This document shows, in pieces, positions 60,860 to 64,000 of a stretch of DNA of 64,000 nucleotides. Each line of letters begins with the position of its first letter. Within the stretch, counting starts at the first letter, position 1. Location of the stretch: the NCBI RefSeq assembly GCF_035084215.1, contig NC_090328.1, positions 105,524,001 through 105,588,000 of the forward strand, given 5' to 3'. The stretch is from Heptranchias perlo (Eukaryota). The notes below the pieces were generated by a model that saw nothing but the letters and a program-made list of their open reading frames with translations, was not told the DNA's origin and did not search any database. The translations under genes were made by a program, and so were the position numbers.

Positions 60860-62699
60860 TGTTCATGTGCCTTTGTCTTTCCTAGTACTCCTACGAGGTA
60901 CATCCCAAGTGACAGGAGCATGGGTGGTGGAAGGCTGCTGGCCTTCAATTGAGGAGAGTGCAGATGGCCATAAAGGACAACCTCGAGCAGTTGAGGGCTG
61001 GGAGGGCCCGGCTTTAGACTGCACCATCTCGGCATAGGCTGCAGCAGTCTGGCCTGGCTGGCTGTCAGGCAACAACAAGGGCACTGGTTGAGTGGCAGGG
61101 GTGGGAGCAGGAATGCTGTCGTCCGGAGAGAGGATATAGGTTCAACTGTCATGGCGCTACTGCCACTCGCACGGAGCAGCGCCTCAGCATTCCTGGCAAT
61201 CAGCTGGAGAACAGATTGCTGGTCTGCTGTGGCACCCTGGAAGCCCCGTTCCACAGTGGTACCCAGAGCCACGATGTCAGCGCTTCTAAAGCAGCTGTCC
61301 GAGCTTCAACTGAAGCGTGTAGACCTTTGATGACATTGGTTTGTGCTGCAATAGGAGATGTTGGTGCTGCAATGGAGGCCATCAGAGGCTGCATCATGGT
61401 GGGTTCCTTAGGTGCGCTGATGGAGGTGACCACCCGTTCCATGCTGGTAAGGATGGGCTCCAAGCTCTGCGCAAAGCCTTGTGCCAAGTTCGAGGTGGAC
61501 TCCTCCATGCCCCTTGACATTGTGCGCAGGCTTTCTGGCAGGCTTTCCAGTGCACCAAGCATTTGGCTGTGTACGCCCATCAGCCGTCTTCTGTAGCCCG
61601 GCCCATTGAAGTCATCAACTGACTCCTCGGCAACAGAATTAGTGAGCGACCTCGCCCTGCGGCGAGCTGGCACCTGTGGTATCTGTTCCCCCGCCGCGGC
61701 TCCTGCGCACTTGTGCCCGGTGTCTCACCACGTGCAGACCCTTCCTCTAACCTAGCCTCTAAAGGACGCGCAGTGTCAGTATCTGCACTGGCGGAAGCGA
61801 GTGTCAGATCAAGTGAAGGTATGGCTTCATTGTCAGTGTCCTCCTCCTCCTCCTGCTGCTCCTCCTCGGACGGTGCCGGCTCCATTTCTTGGGTCTCTGC
61901 AATGACAAAGGGAGACGGGTTGAGTTGTGGAGCGGGGAGAGAAGCAAGTAAGATGTGCGTGCTGACACCATCTTCAGCACGTGAGTCAGAAAAGATTGTG
62001 GAATGAGGGAGATGTGGGAAAAGAGAAGGAGGATTAGGTATACAGAGACCCCCCCATCGTCAGGACCTCCACACCGCCAGTGGCCATGGCCACAGCGATG
62101 GCCCAGCCAATGATGCACAGCATGTTCTCCTCCACGGGGGGTAAGGATGCGAAGGCGTGCCTGTCCTCCCTCAGGCCTTTCATTCTGCCGGCTGTTATAC
62201 GCCACCTTCTCCTACAGGACAGAGGGAAGTGTGTCAGTGAGTGTGCTGCAAGATGTGCCTGTCATGGTTGAATAGCTGCCAGTATGTGTGTCTTGTGAGT
62301 AGTGGATGTGTGGATTGCAAGTGCGGTAATGTGTGAGGGTGAGACGCAGCATCCGAAGTGTAGCTTTGCGTACGGATGGGCAGCGTTTGTTGGTGGGTGG
62401 GTGATGGAGGGTGTCGTGTGTGGAGCAGTGTTGCAGTTGGTTGGATGTGCCACTTGACACCTGCATTCACTCACCTTGACTACTCATGTCAAATCATTCA
62501 TTCAACTTTTTTTGGCACTGTATCCACGTGTGTGGTGCAATGCTCCTGGCATGCACCTCCAGGGCCATTTCCTCCCATTGCCTCCGCAGCTGGTGTCTGG
62601 AGGGTCTCCTGTTACCCTGCTGGTATCCACTCTCTCCACCAAGGCCTCCAGTGCGTCATCGGAGAATTTCAGTGCACGCTCTCTTGCTGGTCCAGCCAT
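60860..62699 (-). pseudogene. Harbinger A Myb/SANT gene, three exons (62699-62475, 62211-about 62051, 61896-about 60860), frameshifted
   Basis: MAGPARERALKFSDDALEALV; splice sites at the same positions as in the 48155 copy; basic C-terminus RRSTRKDKG. Confidence 0.85.
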
Positions 62700-64000
62700 T
62701 CTACTTGTCAACCTCCACTGCTTGCATTGACAGTGCACCTCCCCTTTAAGAGGTGCAGACTGCCTTTAAGTAGTGCTGGCCACGCCCCATATCGGGCCTC
62801 CTGCAGCCACTCAAAGGTGTGGGTAGTGCTGGCTGCACATACAAATCATGGAAATGAGCTGGCAGCCCATATCTTACGTGCCGCCTGCATCGGAAACACT
62901 GGGCAATCAATCGCGCACCGCGACGCCCGTGCCCGGTTTCGGGGGTTCTCGAATTTAACCCCGGTTGTGTTTTACTGTCTCAGTGCTACATTTCTCAGCT
63001 CCTCAGCCTGTACTATACAGAGACTCCCAAGCTCCAAACAACTCTACTTCTCTGCTTCCCAAGTTAACAATGTTTTGTTATTTAACTGAAATAGTAATAT
63101 AAAATCAAAGTATTTCATATTATAAATATTCTCTATAAAGGAAATACGGCACAACTCAATCTTAGTTCCAAGTGCCTAAGGGCACCTTGTATATCCTGAA
63201 CATTGTGACTCTCTATATAGGGAGACATGTAAATCATTCAGCACATAATTGAAAATAAATGCTGTGGAAATGATTATAAAAAGAAAGAAAATCAGTGGTT
63301 CGAGAAATAAATAGGCTCACTATTGTGTTTAAGGGAAATGAAAAATAAATAGCACATAACAACAGAGACAGAATGAACATATGGGAAATAAAGGAAACAC
63401 TGTAAGAAAATAAATACAATATTAAAATATAAATTTTGTCTAAACTTTCAGCTTCACATTACATATACTTTGAATTTGCGAAGGATTATGTGGCTTTGTG
63501 AGGAGCTGAATTCACAGTTTGGGAATCTCTGGAGACTGTGTTCCAAACATTGCTTGGGGTGTTAATTAAACTCAATCCAAGCTATTTGTACCTGAAGGAA
63601 AAATATATTAATTCCACCTCCAGAAATCATCTCCGCAGCAAAAAAAAATACAGCTATAACAAAACTAAATTTGTTCCTTTTTCTATATTGGACTTCCTTA
63701 TAATGCTAAAAAAATCTATCTCCCTCAAGCTCGTACATTCACTGGGTCAATTCCACGGACATCCATCCCCAGGGCAACAACATAGTTAAAGAGCTGATAC
63801 TTTGAGTCACCACAGATTGGTATTGTAGCATATCTTATAACTCAATCATAAATTGCATGCTCTCATATCCTTACAAGTAACAGAAAAGAACTATCTCAAG
63901 ATCCTTCATTTCCCCTTCTACTTGGAAATTATCAATTAAAATTACATTTGTAGAAAGGACCTTTAATTGCATCAAATGAAGAGGCTCTGGATATTTCAAA

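Larger units (their letters stand above)
58944..62963 (-). mobile_element. Structurally complete (about 4.0 kb) Harbinger A transposon, both genes disrupted
   Basis: TIR-like ends GGGTTATAAATTGGG / CGAATTTAACCCCG; convergent nuclease (+) and Myb/SANT (-) genes. Confidence 0.9.

Overview
Eukaryotic, repeat-dominated, gene-poor DNA (intergenic or large intron). It is almost certainly from a cartilaginous fish, judged by its repeat complement: CR1 and L2 LINEs, tRNA-headed Deu-domain SINEs of the SacSINE1 type, Penelope-type terminal repeats and PIF/Harbinger DNA transposons. I found no host protein-coding gene, and every ORF I could recognise is transposon-derived or a by-product of a tandem repeat. 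Main points: (1) three short palindromic Penelope-type insertions, each with a 12-13 bp target duplication, plus one solo copy, all carrying a minimal hammerhead-ribozyme motif whose helices co-vary between copies; (2) a nested cluster of two-gene Harbinger elements (spliced Myb/SANT gene plus DDE nuclease) at 47.8-63 kb, older Harbinger fossils, and a transposase-less copy that keeps an open Myb/SANT mini-gene; (3) a near-perfect 219-bp inverted repeat in an LTR-like segment; (4) a locally templated insertion; (5) minisatellites entangled with CR1 ends. All calls were made by eye without database searches. Repeat boundaries are approximate (about 10-30 bp) unless a TSD or TIR is quoted.
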